Assembly: GCF_006345805.1 (NCBI RefSeq)
Contig: NC_043009.1
Location: forward strand, 40,672,001 to 40,736,000
DNA length: 64,000 bases
Reading direction: 5' to 3'
Origin: Octopus sinensis
Lineage: Eukaryota
Shown here: one piece after another, positions 39,389 to 52,712 of the stretch
Numbering within the stretch: position 1 is the first letter of the stretch
Layout: each line of letters starts with the position of its first letter
Made by a program: the position numbers and the translations under genes
Notes under the pieces: generated by a model
The model's database searches: none
The model's input: only the letters and a program-made list of their open reading frames with translations
Told to the model about the DNA's origin: nothing

Positions 39389-39970
39389 CTCATATATATA
39401 TATGAATATATAAAAATATATATATATAAGTAGAGTGTAGTGTCACTTATTTCTATATCATGTTAGCGTTCAAGAATTTGGACACAACGGACTTCAGCAA
39501 ACTTTCATAGCTGTTGAGTTAGCAAAAGTAGAGATGATAGTGTATATGTATTCAGTGCTTCGGTGCCACATACGAAAACTAAATGCCTCTAACCGTTCTG
39601 CTTGCTCACACGTGCACGCGCGTACACACACACAACATATATGCACAAAATAAATGTATTATATATATATATATATACATATATATGTATATATATATAT
39701 ATATATATATAATACAAAATGTGACAAGAACGCAAAACATTCGGACAGCTAGGTGATACAAATAGGACAACAAAACATCCAGATAGACGATACAAAGAAA
39801 ACAATGACGCGTCATTCGAAGCTTTCTTTCCTCAGTCAAGTACCAGATTATCTTCGTAATTTCGGCTGATTATACTTGAGATTGCTCCAATCTGGCCAGC
39901 CCCAAGGAAAAACTAAGCTAAGAGAATTAGATTCCTTGGAAGAAAGCATCGAATGTATACAAAAACAAGG

Positions 39971-40005
<35 letters not shown>

Positions 40006-41022
40006 CACCACAGTCACGTAGATTATAAATGAACTTTCGACTACATAAAAATGATATTTAATAAACCAAATAAAATAACCCTAAACCCATGTTGTGTTAT
40101 TTGTTGTTATATTTAGCAAAAGTATTTGTTTATATCTATAATTTGTTTTGTCGCAGCTTTGTTAAAATAGGACGACATTATCAGCTTATCAACTACGATA
40201 ATAATTTCACATGTTTTATCTTGTGGAACATGCTCTTGTTTTTGTCGTTATTGTTCTCGTTTAGTCCAGGGTCAGCTTTGATAGAGCAAACCCATAACGA
40301 AAGGCGTTCTGTGTCAGTTCCAGCCTTTGTTCGGGTATAATGCGTCTAGGACTTCTTTATTCAATGTATTATTCGTATCGTTTAGAGGGTTAGGTGGGAA
40401 CTGAGGAAGAAGTATGACCCTTGGATATTTCTGTCTCGTGTCCTAGAACTCAAAGTCAGTAACCCGTATAAGTAACCGAGATCTCAATAACCTACCTTAC
40501 AGCTGAGTGGACTGGGGCAACGTGAAATGAAGTACCTTGCACTTAAATATAACACAACACCCAGTTCGGGAATCGCAGTTACAATCTTACGCTCGTGAGC
40601 TCAACACCCAAAACCACTGGACCACGCGCCTTTACGATTTGAAGAAGATTTAGTTGCTACCACAACGAATCATGCAACCACGTAGAGACTCCATCATTAG
40701 CTCGATTTTAAAAAAAACAAAAAACTTATGCTGACTTTTCAGGTGTTTTCTTTAGTTACATATTTTAACAATTCATTTCTTTAGCCGTGCTACAACCAGG
40801 TTCAAACGCAAGCTATGGTGTACTTTGTTTTAATCTTTCCGAGATCGGCACACAACACTAACCACTTGAGTAACCACAATCATTATCAGTTAAAGAGTAT
40901 GACTAAGTGGCGAGTGGCGAGTACCAAACTCTCACTAATTGTTTATAAAGCCTATGTGGTCGCGAGACGACACAGACACCTACATCTCGGCCCTCGGACC
41001 CTTGATTCAAAGGAACATTCAC

Positions 41023-41099
<77 letters not shown>

Positions 41100-41451
41100 C
41101 AGCACCAACACTCGACTAGTGGCGATTTTACAGTTGGATGAACTGAAGAAATGTGAAATGAAGTGCTCTAGTCAAGGGCATAATGCATCGGTTGCTCAAG
41201 AAATTGAACCCATGATGTTATGATCGTGGGCCTAATTGAGATATGTATGTATGCAGATATGTTTTTCCTTCGAGTTCAAGCAGATCGCTAACAAACACCT
41301 TTCGAGTTCCCGGTGTTTGTAAATACGTGGTTGACTCGCAGTGTTGGTTGAGCCGTTGATGCACATACCCATATGTGTGGATCTATACACCTAAAGAATC
41401 TCAGATGGAAAATCTTCAGAATATCTTACAAATCCACATTGTGCCTCTAAT

Positions 41452-41650
41452 AGATAGAAACGTTAGAACGCCGGGCGAAATGCTTAGAGGTATTTCGTCT
41501 ATCTTTACATTCTGAGTTCAAATTCCGCCGAGGTCGACTTTGCTTTTCATCCTTTCGGTGTCGATAAATTAAGTACCAGTGACGTACTGGGGTCGATCTA
41601 ATCGACTGGCCCCTTACCCCAAAATTTCGGGCTTTGTGCCTAAAAGGGAA
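41452..41650 (+). mobile_element. SINE family B variant (alternative tail ..aaaatttcgggctttgtgcc)
   Basis: Same head and core as B; tail shared with 4740-4915, 11782-11830 and 60130-60500. Confidence 0.85.
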
Positions 41651-42125
41651 AAGAATATTTTGGATTTGGAAAATATGCATGTTTTTTTCACTTTCTTTGA
41701 AAAACCTAGTATTTCTAAGTTTTTGTGTGAAATTGTGGGTACATAGCTCAGTGCACTTATGATGATAGGTGCAAATGAGAATTTAGAGTCAGGGTACAAG
41801 AGCTATTAGTTCTGTCTTAATTTACTATAAATGTTTTCTGTTTTTCTGCACTTTTGATGGTGTATTCTCTTCTGCTGGGCAGCTGACTTTTACAACAGAG
41901 CATGATTTTTGTTCCCTGTCTCACGGAACAATATCTGGTGTGCTATGTTTGCACCGAAATGTTGTTTGTATTGGAGTGTTCCACCAATATTCCTTGTTTT
42001 CAAAGGTGTGAGTACATGCTGGTTTTGGCAAGCCTTTGATATATACGTCAGGGCAATCCTTCCTGCTGGTAGCATTGTAAATAGTTTTTGCAACTGTATC
42101 ATTCCTCAGAGGCAGGCAGTATCTT

Positions 42126-42726
42126 GTATGTATGTATGTATGTATGTATGTATGTATGTATGTATGTATGTATGTATGTATGTATGTATGTGTATGTATG
42201 TATGTACGTACGTACGTATGTATGTATGTATGTATGTATGTACATACGTATGTATGTATGTATGTATGTATGTATGTATGTATGCATGTATGTATGTATG
42301 TATGTATGTACGTACGTACGTATGTATGTATGTATGTATGTATGTATTACGTACGTATGTATGCACGTATGTATGTATGTATGTATGTATGTATGTATGT
42401 ATGTATGTATGTATGCATGCATGCATGTACGTACTTATATATGTATTATCTGTGCATCTATCTGTCTGTACATGTATGTATACATGTACGTATATATCTA
42501 TGTGTATATATGTTTGTTTATGAATCTATGTGTGTATGCATGCTTGTATGTGGCTGTGTGTATGTATCTGCACAAGTGTACGTATTTATTTGTGTATGCA
42601 TGTATGCATGTATGCGTGTATGTATGTATTTGTGTATTTGTATATTTGTGTTTGTAAGTATATGTATATGTATGCCTGCATGTGTCCGTGTGTATGTATG
42701 TACATACGTACGTATGTATGTATGAA
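42126..42726. repeat. (TATG)n array, decaying rightwards
   Basis: Direct reading; source of the spurious MYVC/HTYI ORFs. Confidence 0.95.
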
Positions 42727-44564
42727 TGTATGTACATAGGTATGAGTGTGTGTCGTTGAATGTTATGAAAATATTCGCCATCACCAATATTTAGTGTTAC
42801 GTAAAGACACCTAAGAATTCTTTGAATCATTTTATGATACATATATGATACAACAAAACTAAGAGAGTACTATTACTGATATACCACCGATAATACAACT
42901 GATAATACACAATGGGTATCCTAAGATTACAAGATTCTCTATGCTAATCCATAATTTATAATTAAAAGCATTACTAAAATACCATTTTTCAATAGTATAA
43001 ATAGTGTACAGAGAATTCTAACTGAAAATTAACTGAGATTGTCTTGGAAATGTCTCCAATAAAATAAACAGAACAAAAGCCTTGTGTTAAAAAAGAATCA
43101 GTCCAATTCAACTATTGTCAACTCTAATGGAATTAAATAAAAAGGAAAAGCAAAAGAAGAAAAGAAATGGTAAGTGCGCGGAGTGTGAATGTTCCACAGA
43201 CACAGTTTGTTTCATGCAAATCTTTCTCCCGTACCTTCACACTTGTCAGATAACAAATAAATGGTTCAAGATTACAGGTGAAGCGTCACCTGCTGGCACT
43301 TTTCCTAATATCTCTTAGACTGGTTTTGTTTTCTAGCATTTGGAAATTTTTTGTTTTCTTTTTTATTATATTTATTACTTTGTTTCTATCTTTCTTTTCC
43401 TTTCATTTAAAACAAAAAAAACGTCTTTAGACGATTTAGAATGTGAAAAGAAAAGTCAAGTACAGACAAAATTGTTTGAGCTATTTTGAGAACATTTTTG
43501 GCCTAGACTACTGAAGACAGCCACAAATTTTAAACATAGAATCGATTTTTTTATCAGCTTTGCTGAGAATTTTAAATTATGCAGTAAATCTATTTCTTTC
43601 TTCAAAAACCTCCAAAAATCTCTTCACAATTCTAAGATGTTTTAACCACTTTATTGTCTTTTGACTTTTTCCTTGTTTTTCTTTCTCACATTCATTATCT
43701 TATATCCGTTCTTCTCTTCCTTCATTCCCGCTTTTTGTTTTTTTCCACTCCTTCGTTTTTCGGTTTTATTTTCTTCTTTCATTTTTTCTTCACTTCTTTG
43801 TTTCTTCCTTCCTTCCTTCCTTTCTCCCTATCCTGTCGTTTTTTCCGGGCCATTAATTCAAGTTGCGTCATCACGGATTAATCTTCACACAAAATTTACT
43901 TCCCAGCCGTTCTTAGATCTCGTGAAAACTGGTTAGACGACAACGATTCACTAAGGAGACGTAACACGACCGAAACAAGCATAGGGATGTCACTGTACTA
44001 AAAATCAACCTCATTCCTTTAACCATTCAATTTAACCAATTCAATTTTTAATTAATTGAAAATTCAGGATTCTCTCCATTGCCTTCTTTGATAAACCTTG
44101 TCATTAACTCTTAGGATGTTTTTCTTTTTCATTTCTTATGTAATTTCAATTGATTAAGCATTCATTATTTTCAATGTGCATTAAGTACGTTGGCCGCGCA
44201 TTTTACCTATGAGTAGTTACACACACACACATTATATATATCAAATAAGATTCAGTTGGATTAGGTATTTAAATTGAGGCACCTTGCTAGGTTTAGGAAA
44301 CTTGCAGACTCAACAATATTAAGCGAATATCAAACCTGGGACATATGTGCCGACCATGTGATATTCTTGCAGTGTACACAGGTAATAAGACCCAGGTGAG
44401 TGAAGAAATCCGCCCTTAGCTATTCAGACATGTATTTTATACTAAAAATAGTGTCTATAATATTTACGAAGCGTAGATTCCAGAATAGGTGAATAAATAT
44501 ATAAGTAACAAAGAGGTAGAGATATCAATTCACCTGACCCTCTTTGTTTTATGTATGTATGTAT

Positions 44565-44599
<35 letters not shown>

Positions 44600-44815
44600 C
44601 ATATTCCCAATTTATATTCCTGTATGTTATATTTTAATAATTACTGGTATCTTTATATATTAATATATTTTATATGTAAAGCATAATATGTTATACATGT
44701 ATGTATTCTTGTAATTGTCATTTTAGTAAATAAATAAATAAATAAATAAATTAGCATAATATAATGTCTAAAAGTTGATGATTACCACCAATTGATCCCC
44801 TCCATTTTCTTATTG

Positions 44816-44899
<84 letters not shown>

Positions 44900-44901
<2 letters not shown>

Positions 44902-45580
44902 TAATTAAGGGTTTAGCAACGAATTGCCTCACCAACACACCGAATTTAGAAATAGCAGTCAAAGAGATATAGCTATTCCTTCTACTAAAAGGGAGATCTC
45001 AGTAAAAACACAGCACTTGAAAGGCAAACACAGACAGGTAAGAAAGAATGAAATGACGGCAATCTATCATACAATTTTAAGTTACCTACGGACGTACGTT
45101 TCGAAATCAAGTTTTAGGAAAGCATAAGAATTAGAAAATTCTCCCTTACCCAAACTTCTTTTCTCATCGGCGTAGGATACTACAATTATGAATAATTGTA
45201 TATTAAATTTTGAGATACTAGAAGGCATTAGTATCTCACTGAGTTGAGACAATGCCTTCTAGTATCTCAAAATTTAATATACAATTATTCATAATTGTAG
45301 TATCCTACGCCGATGAGAAAAGAAGTTTGGGTAAGGGAGAATTTTCTAATTCTTATGCTTTCCTAAAACTTGATTTCGAAACGTACGTCCGTAGGTAACT
45401 TAAAATTGTATGATAGATTGCCGTCATTTCATTCTTTCTTACCTGTCTGTGTTTGCCTTTCAAGTGCTGTGTTTTTACTGAGATCTCCCTTTTAGTAGAA
45501 GGAATAGCTATATCTCTTTGACTGCTATTTCTAAATTCGGTGTGTTGGTGAGGCAATTCGTTGCTAAACCCTTAATTACT
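44900..45580. mobile_element. 681-bp foldback element / MITE with ~330-bp perfect arms
   Basis: Arms 44898-45229 and 45251-45582 are exact reverse complements as read; the identical 67-aa ORF appears on both strands; TA on both flanks. Confidence 0.85.
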
Positions 45581-45851
45581 TAGTATTACTTAAATTTTCC
45601 TCGAATGAGGCTTTTACATGCCGAAATCTACTTGGTGTAATTAATAATTATTCCAAATTAATTAGTTTCACCCTTTATTGTATATATATATATAGATAGA
45701 TTAATCAGCCGAAATTGCGAAGATGATCCGGTTCTTGACTGAAGATTAAAGGCTTCGAATGTCCCGTTCGTGTTTTTTGTGTCGTCTTCTAAATGTTTCA
45801 CGTTCTTGTCCCAGTTTGTATTTTTTTACTTTTACACACACACACACACAC

Positions 45852-45888
<37 letters not shown>

Positions 45889-46108
45889 CACACCACACAC
45901 CACACACACACACACACACACCCATATATATATATATTATATATATTATATATATATATATACCAAATATATACGTTTTATTTATTATTTTGCACATTAC
46001 TTAATCATCGGTATATTATTGTTATTTTATATTTATATTTCTATTATATGTAATTTTCTAAATGGTGTAATTTAATTGTTCATTTTGAATTGATAAAAGG
46101 GTTTTTTT

Positions 46109-46161
<53 letters not shown>

Positions 46162-46236
46162 GTTTTATGAAATTTGATTTGGCATTTCTAAATTGAATTT
46201 TTCCCTGTAAGTTAGGAATAATATTCCCTCAAATTT

Positions 46237-46272
<36 letters not shown>

Positions 46273-47114
46273 ATGAGTATTTATTAAAAACTGAAACTGA
46301 TAATTTCCTTTGTGACTTTTTGTTTCACACGCCACTACGATCTTCAGGCAAGAGAAGGTCACAGTGGTGTGGCATTCGAGTCGCAAGAAAAGGTATCAGT
46401 TTGAGTTTCAGTAAAAAAACCACGTCTTCTCTAACATTCATTGAGCACTCCTCCATCGTTCGCCCTACATAAACCAACGTATATGTGCATGTATGCACGC
46501 GTGTGTACACACACATACACACACACTTGCACGCAAGGATGAACACACACACAAATAAATATGCTTAGAACACAGCTCTTAACTATTAATTAGCACCAAA
46601 CATTTTACACATGTAGACACTCGTGAATCATGCTGTCATGTGGTTATCACAAAAACAGCCATGGATGCGGAGTTAAGAACCTCGCTATGCAAAATCCTTG
46701 TTCATGAGTTCGAAAACAAGAACTTCATCCGACGTTGTACTTTACTGCCAACCTATATGATCTCATGCCTTTCACCATCGTAATTATTAAAATGATCCCT
46801 TTTGATAAGCTTCATTAGAAATCTTACTGGAGAGGTATGTGGTGACGTCATTACTCGATTAGCAAAGCCTAGCAATTGTTTTCATATAATTTTATTAATA
46901 AGATTTTTGATGACTTCATTACTCAATTCTAGTCAATATTTACAAAGAATTGAAAAGACCAAGATTCAAATCAAAGTATAGGCCTCTTACATGGCCATCA
47001 GATGATTTATTGAGTATGAGAGAACTTATATTAGTTGGAGAACAAAGCTGTAACTAGGTTGAAATTGTGATTTCTTGATTGCTTGACTTAGAAGTTATAA
47101 CACTTATTTGAAGT

Positions 47115-48285
47115 TACCAGGTGCATTCCAGAAGTTTTGAGACTTTTTAGGAGAAGCAGTTGAAACTGTCCTAGATGATTGTAATTTTAGTATATATTTA
47201 CCATACATCTAATAAGCTGAGCCGCCAATTTTTAATTCCAAATTCGTAGAGAGGGCTGTAACAGCACTTTGAAAAGATTTGCTTATCACAGCTATCTAGA
47301 TTTCAAAATGCTGTCAGGATGTTTGAAAGCAAGCTATGCCATAAAGTTGTGTGTTAAACTGGATAAAAACGCTACAAAAACTTATGAAATGCGCTCCAGA
47401 TTGCTTATGGATAACCTTGAATGAGTCGACACAAGAGGTTCAAGATCGGTAGAGAGAGGATGAAAGATGATGAGAAGTGTGGGAGGGAGCGGGACGTCAA
47501 ACATCAGAGCTGGTTGAGAAAATTGGCAATTTTCTGGATGAAGACTGTCGTGTGTCGATAAAAACAATAAGCATGCTTGGAGATGGTATGACAACTGTAC
47601 ACAGAATTATTCATGGCGATTTGAACAAATTTGTGAAAAGCTTTTTCCCATGTTGCTCGGTGACGCATTGGTGACAGCCAGGAAATGGTTGAGCTCATCA
47701 CCTTCAATCCAAGAGTATTTGAACCTCTGGTAACATTTGAAGAAAGTTATGATCCAGTTATGATCTACTGTTATGATCCAGAGACTATGAGGCAGACTGC
47801 CCAATGGAAGTATCATGGCTCTCCAAACCCAAGAAAGCAAAGCAAGTCCATAGGGAAGCTCATGGTGGTCCCTTTTCGACAGCAATGGCATCATCTACAT
47901 CCATAGGGTTCCACCTGGTCAGACGGTCAACAAAGATTACTCTGTGGAGATTTGAAGAAGTTCAGAACAATGCATCAATCCATAATTACATCCTGGTAAC
48001 CAACTATTTGTCTCTCACCTTCCTTACAGAGCTGAACTTGTTCCCTGTGACTTTTGGTTGTTCCTCAAATTGAAGGAAAACATCAGGAGGAGGAGACTTG
48101 AAGACATCGAGAATATGAAAGAGGCTGTGATAAAGGTCCAGGATACTTTCATTTTGGAGGGCTTTCATGAAGCCTTCGCGAAGTAGCCAGAGCGCTTCAA
48201 CCAGTGCATTGAAGCCAAAGGATCCTGCTTTGAAGGAGATTACTGTTACTGCAAAAGTTACAAAACTTCTGAGTTGCATCTTGTA
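47115..48285 (+). mobile_element. Decayed near-full-length mariner transposon
   Basis: CVKLDKNATKTYEM..TSELVEKIGNFLDEDCRVSIKTI..IYCYDPETMRQTAQWK..KLMV; imperfect TIRs taccaggtgcattccagaagttttg / caaaacttctgagttgcatcttgta. Confidence 0.82.
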
Positions 48286-48685
48286 TAAGAATAAAAAGGA
48301 TATGAGATGGATTTTGAAATTTTTGTAAAATATTAATTTCTGTAACTTATATCACTTGGTCCACGGCGAAGCTCATAAGACCCAGCTGACTGAAATTGCT
48401 ACGTTTTTTGCTTTTTTTTTGCGTTAAAAGTTATAGCACTAAATTGATATAATTAAAGACAAAATTATAATTTCTTCTACATATAATTAAATAAATTCAT
48501 ATGATATAGAGTGTGCTACAGATTTTGGTTCTTATTTCTGCATATTCTCTCAAAGGGTGGAGTTAACCTCAAAATGTATACGAGAGTGTTTGTAACCTTG
48601 ACCTAAATTAGTTAATAATGCGAACATATGTTGTATATATAAATGTACGTATATGTGTACATATCTGTATCAGTATATTTAAATT

Positions 48686-48717
<32 letters not shown>

Positions 48718-48847
48718 TGTATGTATGTATGTATGTATGTATGCATGCATGTGTGTGTGTATGTATGTATGTATGTATGTATGTATGTATGTATGTATGT
48801 ATGCATGCATGTGTGTGTGTATGTATGTATGTATGTATGTATGTATG

Positions 48848-48879
<32 letters not shown>

Positions 48880-49154
48880 GTATGAAACAAAATAGTGAGT
48901 CCCATGACTTGCACTAATTTGTTTTCTCTTGCTTTTCTGTTGGCTTAGCATTGACTTATATTTAATTAAAAAGTATCATTATGTGATAAATTCCAGCTAA
49001 TTAACAAATTAATTAGTTGCTAGACACAAACAAACAAACAAAAAAAAAGAAAGAAAAAAGCTACCATATTCGCATAAATTATATCACTTTCACTTACAGG
49101 AAGTTTCACTATATTATATTAAATCACATTTAATCATATTTATATTATATTATA

Positions 49155-49666
49155 TCTATATATATAAAACAGTAGTTGTGTGAGTGTCTGTCCCCTTCGA
49201 TTTAGATTCCTAACTACTCCCACATTTTGCGATGCAGTTTAACCAAATTCGGGTATCTTATAGTCGTGATTTATATCGAGCCCGTCTGAGTATTAGCGCG
49301 CGTCTACGATGAGTCTACGATTTTAAAAATAATTTAACATCATTTTTTATTCCATTTTAATGCATAATTTTTCGTGTGTCGATGGCGGCGGAGTTGGCGT
49401 CCATGGTCACACCTGCACCTGTTTGCTTCTCCCCTTCTTCCCTCCCTCGTGAAGCTGTGGGGAAGGGAGTGTAAGGAAATCAACGTCGTAAAACGTTGTC
49501 AAGGAGACCAGCGTTCTTTTAGAACAACGACTTCATGGCTTGAAGACACCAAAACAGAAATGGCTAAGAAAGCCCGAATTGGCATCTATAAGGGAAGTAA
49601 CTCTCTAAAAATGCTTATATAGTTATTTCCCTTACAAACCCGAGCAACGCCGGGCGATACTGCTAG
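49155..49666 (+). mobile_element. Non-autonomous Helitron
   Basis: 5' TC(tatatatataaaa), 3' hairpin cccgagcaacgccggg followed by CTAG, A|T flanks. Confidence 0.8.
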
Positions 49667-50012
49667 TTATATTATATTACATTATATTACTATATTGTAT
49701 TATATTACAGTATATTATATTATATTATTGCTTATTTTATATTATTTGATACTTAAGTTATATTCAGATGTCCATCTGTTGGTATTTACTGTTTCCACAA
49801 AATCAAAACTAAAACGAGGAACCGTGTATTTCTGATATTCTGATTGGCTAACTCTGCAAACGTGTGTTGTCGCCATCACATTAGCTACTTTATAAATATG
49901 TACAACACCCTAAATAATATTTGAAGTTCGAAACTTATGAAGCTTGTAGTAGTAGCAGTAACAATATATATATCTCTCTCCCACATTCTCTCTCTCACTC
50001 TCTCTCTCTTTC

Positions 50013-50060
<48 letters not shown>

Positions 50061-50093
50061 CAAACATACATGCATACATACATATGTACACAT

Positions 50094-50182
<89 letters not shown>

Positions 50183-50282
50183 AATTTACATAAATAAGGA
50201 TAAGATCGTTATTTTAAATACCGATCATATAGGAATAACCTTATAGGTAATAATTATTATTAAATTTATAATCAATGGTATT

Positions 50283-50506
50283 TAAAAGATACCACCATGC
50301 TAGACATAGCAGTCAAACCTTAACTCTAAATCCACATCAAATATCCATATAGCACCAGGAGAAAAGACAAAGAGGCAAATAAACTAGCAAAAATTTTTTT
50401 GCTAGTATATTTGCCTCTTTGTCTTTTTTCCTGGTGGTGTATGAATATTTAATGTGGTTTTAGAGTCATGTTTTAACTGCTATCTCTAGCATCGTGGTAT
50501 CTTTTA
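50283..50506. repeat. Diverged palindrome (~110-bp arms)
   Basis: taaaagataccac..gacaaagaggcaaat..ctagcaaaaa / tttttgctag..atttgcctctttgtc..gtggtatctttta. Confidence 0.85.
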
Positions 50507-50536
50507 GATACCCTTACTTATATATATATATATATA

Positions 50537-50683
50537 CTTTATTTAAAGCAGCAGAAAATTCAACAAAATCTGTTACTCTGAGTTTCTCGTTGCCGTTCAT
50601 CAGACAGTTTTTGCTAGTGATGAATGGCAACGAGAAACTCAGAGTAACAGATTTTGTTGAATTTTCTGCTGCTTTAGATAAAG
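50537..50683 (+). repeat. 66-bp-stem hairpin with a 15-nt loop
   Basis: 50537-50602 pairs with 50618-50683; the only two non-Watson-Crick pairs are G-U on the + strand. Confidence 0.9.
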
Positions 50684-50762
50684 CATATTGCTCTACCACT
50701 GGTATTTGAGTACTCTTTCTTCCACCTTGTTTCACATTTATGTGTTTACTCCGGTATATATA

Positions 50763-50847
<85 letters not shown>

Positions 50848-51639
50848 CAAAATATACTTAAAAACTATTTGACATCCAACTGAATATGTAATTGTAGAAT
50901 AAATATTTATTAAATTTCTTAATAAAATGGTTGATAGTGACTTCGAATTTTTTTGGTTTGTTCACCTTCTTCAGACTGATGACCGTTCATTGTTCGATCA
51001 GTTAAATTACCTGTCCTTGAATTAACGTGTAAGTGGCTGAGTATTTAACACACACGTGTACTTTTGACGTAATACTCAAGTAAAATCAGCATGACATTCT
51101 AAGGGACAAGGCTGTACTTTTTTGAGTAGTGGAGGTCGTGGTGGTGGGGATTACAAGTACAATCCAATTGTAAGGGTTCTAAACAGTTTCCACCAACCCA
51201 TTTTCACTAACAGGTTACAGGCTAATCCTAGGCATTAGAAAACAACATTTTCCCAAGATGTTAAGCAAAAGAATCGAACCTAGAACATTGTATTCACGAA
51301 ACATGCTTTCCAAACAATTCCGTCAAACCTTACCCATACGGGGCGTCAGTGTCGTACTCAGTTTTATCTGAGGTGGACTAGACCAGCATAAGCTGAAGTA
51401 CCTTGCTGAAAAACACGTTGTGCCGGCTTCTCTTCGCAACCTATTTATAGCAAACCACAGCAAAATTATTTTCTTCGTTAATTTTCTTCCTTTGATCCCA
51501 TTATTCATTATCTCTGTTGTAATACTAATCGAGTAGACTAACGGCAAGAGACAGTCTAGCGAAATGTTTTGCGGTATTTCGTCTGCCGCTACGTTCTGAG
51601 TTCAAATTCCGCCGAGGTCGACTTTGCCTTTCATCTGTA

Positions 51640-51802
51640 GGCGTAGGAGTGGCTGTGTGGTAAGTATCTTGCTTACGAACCACATAGTTCCAGGTTCAGT
51701 CCCACAACGTGGCACCTTGGGCAAGTGTCTTCTACTATTGCCTCGAGTCGACCAAAGCCGTGTGAGTGGATTTGGTAGACGGAAACTGAAAGAAGCCCGT
51801 CG

Positions 51803-51861
<59 letters not shown>

Positions 51862-52104
51862 TGTGTGTGTGTGTGTGTGTGTATGTATGCGTGTGTATAT
51901 GTTTGTGTGTCTGTATTTGTCCCCCCAACATTGCTTGACAACCGATGCTGGTGTGCTTACGTCCCCGTAACTTAGCGGTTCGGCAAAAGAGACCGATAGA
52001 ATAAGTACTAGGCTTACAAAGAATAAGTCCTGGGGTCTATTTGCTCGACTAAAGGTGGTGCTCCAACATGGCCACAGTCACATGACTGAAACAAGTAAAA
52101 GAGT
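51640..52104 (+). mobile_element. SINE family A, full length, abutting a SINE-B 5' half (51535-51636)
   Basis: Complete head, body, microsatellite and tail. Confidence 0.92.
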
Positions 52105-52644
52105 ATGTAATGCATTTAGGACTAGACAATCTAATTTATTGCTCTTTATTTTAAGAATAACCTAATTTTAGGAAGAATCAGCTACCATTTCTTGCAGATT
52201 GTACGATCACAAAGAGGCAAATTTTCTTGTTTGGTTGTCATTTTAACAAAATCGTCTCAAAAATGTGTTATCACAGACCGAGAAAACTAAAACCCGTTAA
52301 GCAGATGGTTAAAATGTTAAGGAACAAAATTTTAAAGAACGTAAATAAACGTGTCTTCAGCACTCAACAGGTGTTGGAAGTCAGAAGACAGCAGATGATA
52401 GTGTTTAGCAAACTGGTTAATGACCCGTTTATGTGTTTGTCTGGCATCATTTAGTTTTTATTATGATATTATGGGGCGGAAACAAAATCAAAATACATCT
52501 GGAAATTGCCAAGAGAAAACAGCAACCTTTATTTACAGTTTCTTAACATCGTATTTCGTCGTTATAAGCCAGCAGACCTCCAGTTGTTTTTCTGCTCACG
52601 GCCCAGAACGATATTAATAGTATGAATAAATAAACACACACACA

Positions 52645-52712
<68 letters not shown>

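Noticed and set aside
43115-43172. Possible exon ending at ATG|GTAAGT
   Set aside because: No upstream acceptor or polypyrimidine tract; low-complexity peptide
44924-45556. Duplicated 67-aa gene MPHQHTEF..
   Set aside because: A by-product of the palindrome arms
52227-52454. 75-aa ORF MCYHRPRKLK..
   Set aside because: No recognisable motif or splice context; length expected by chance
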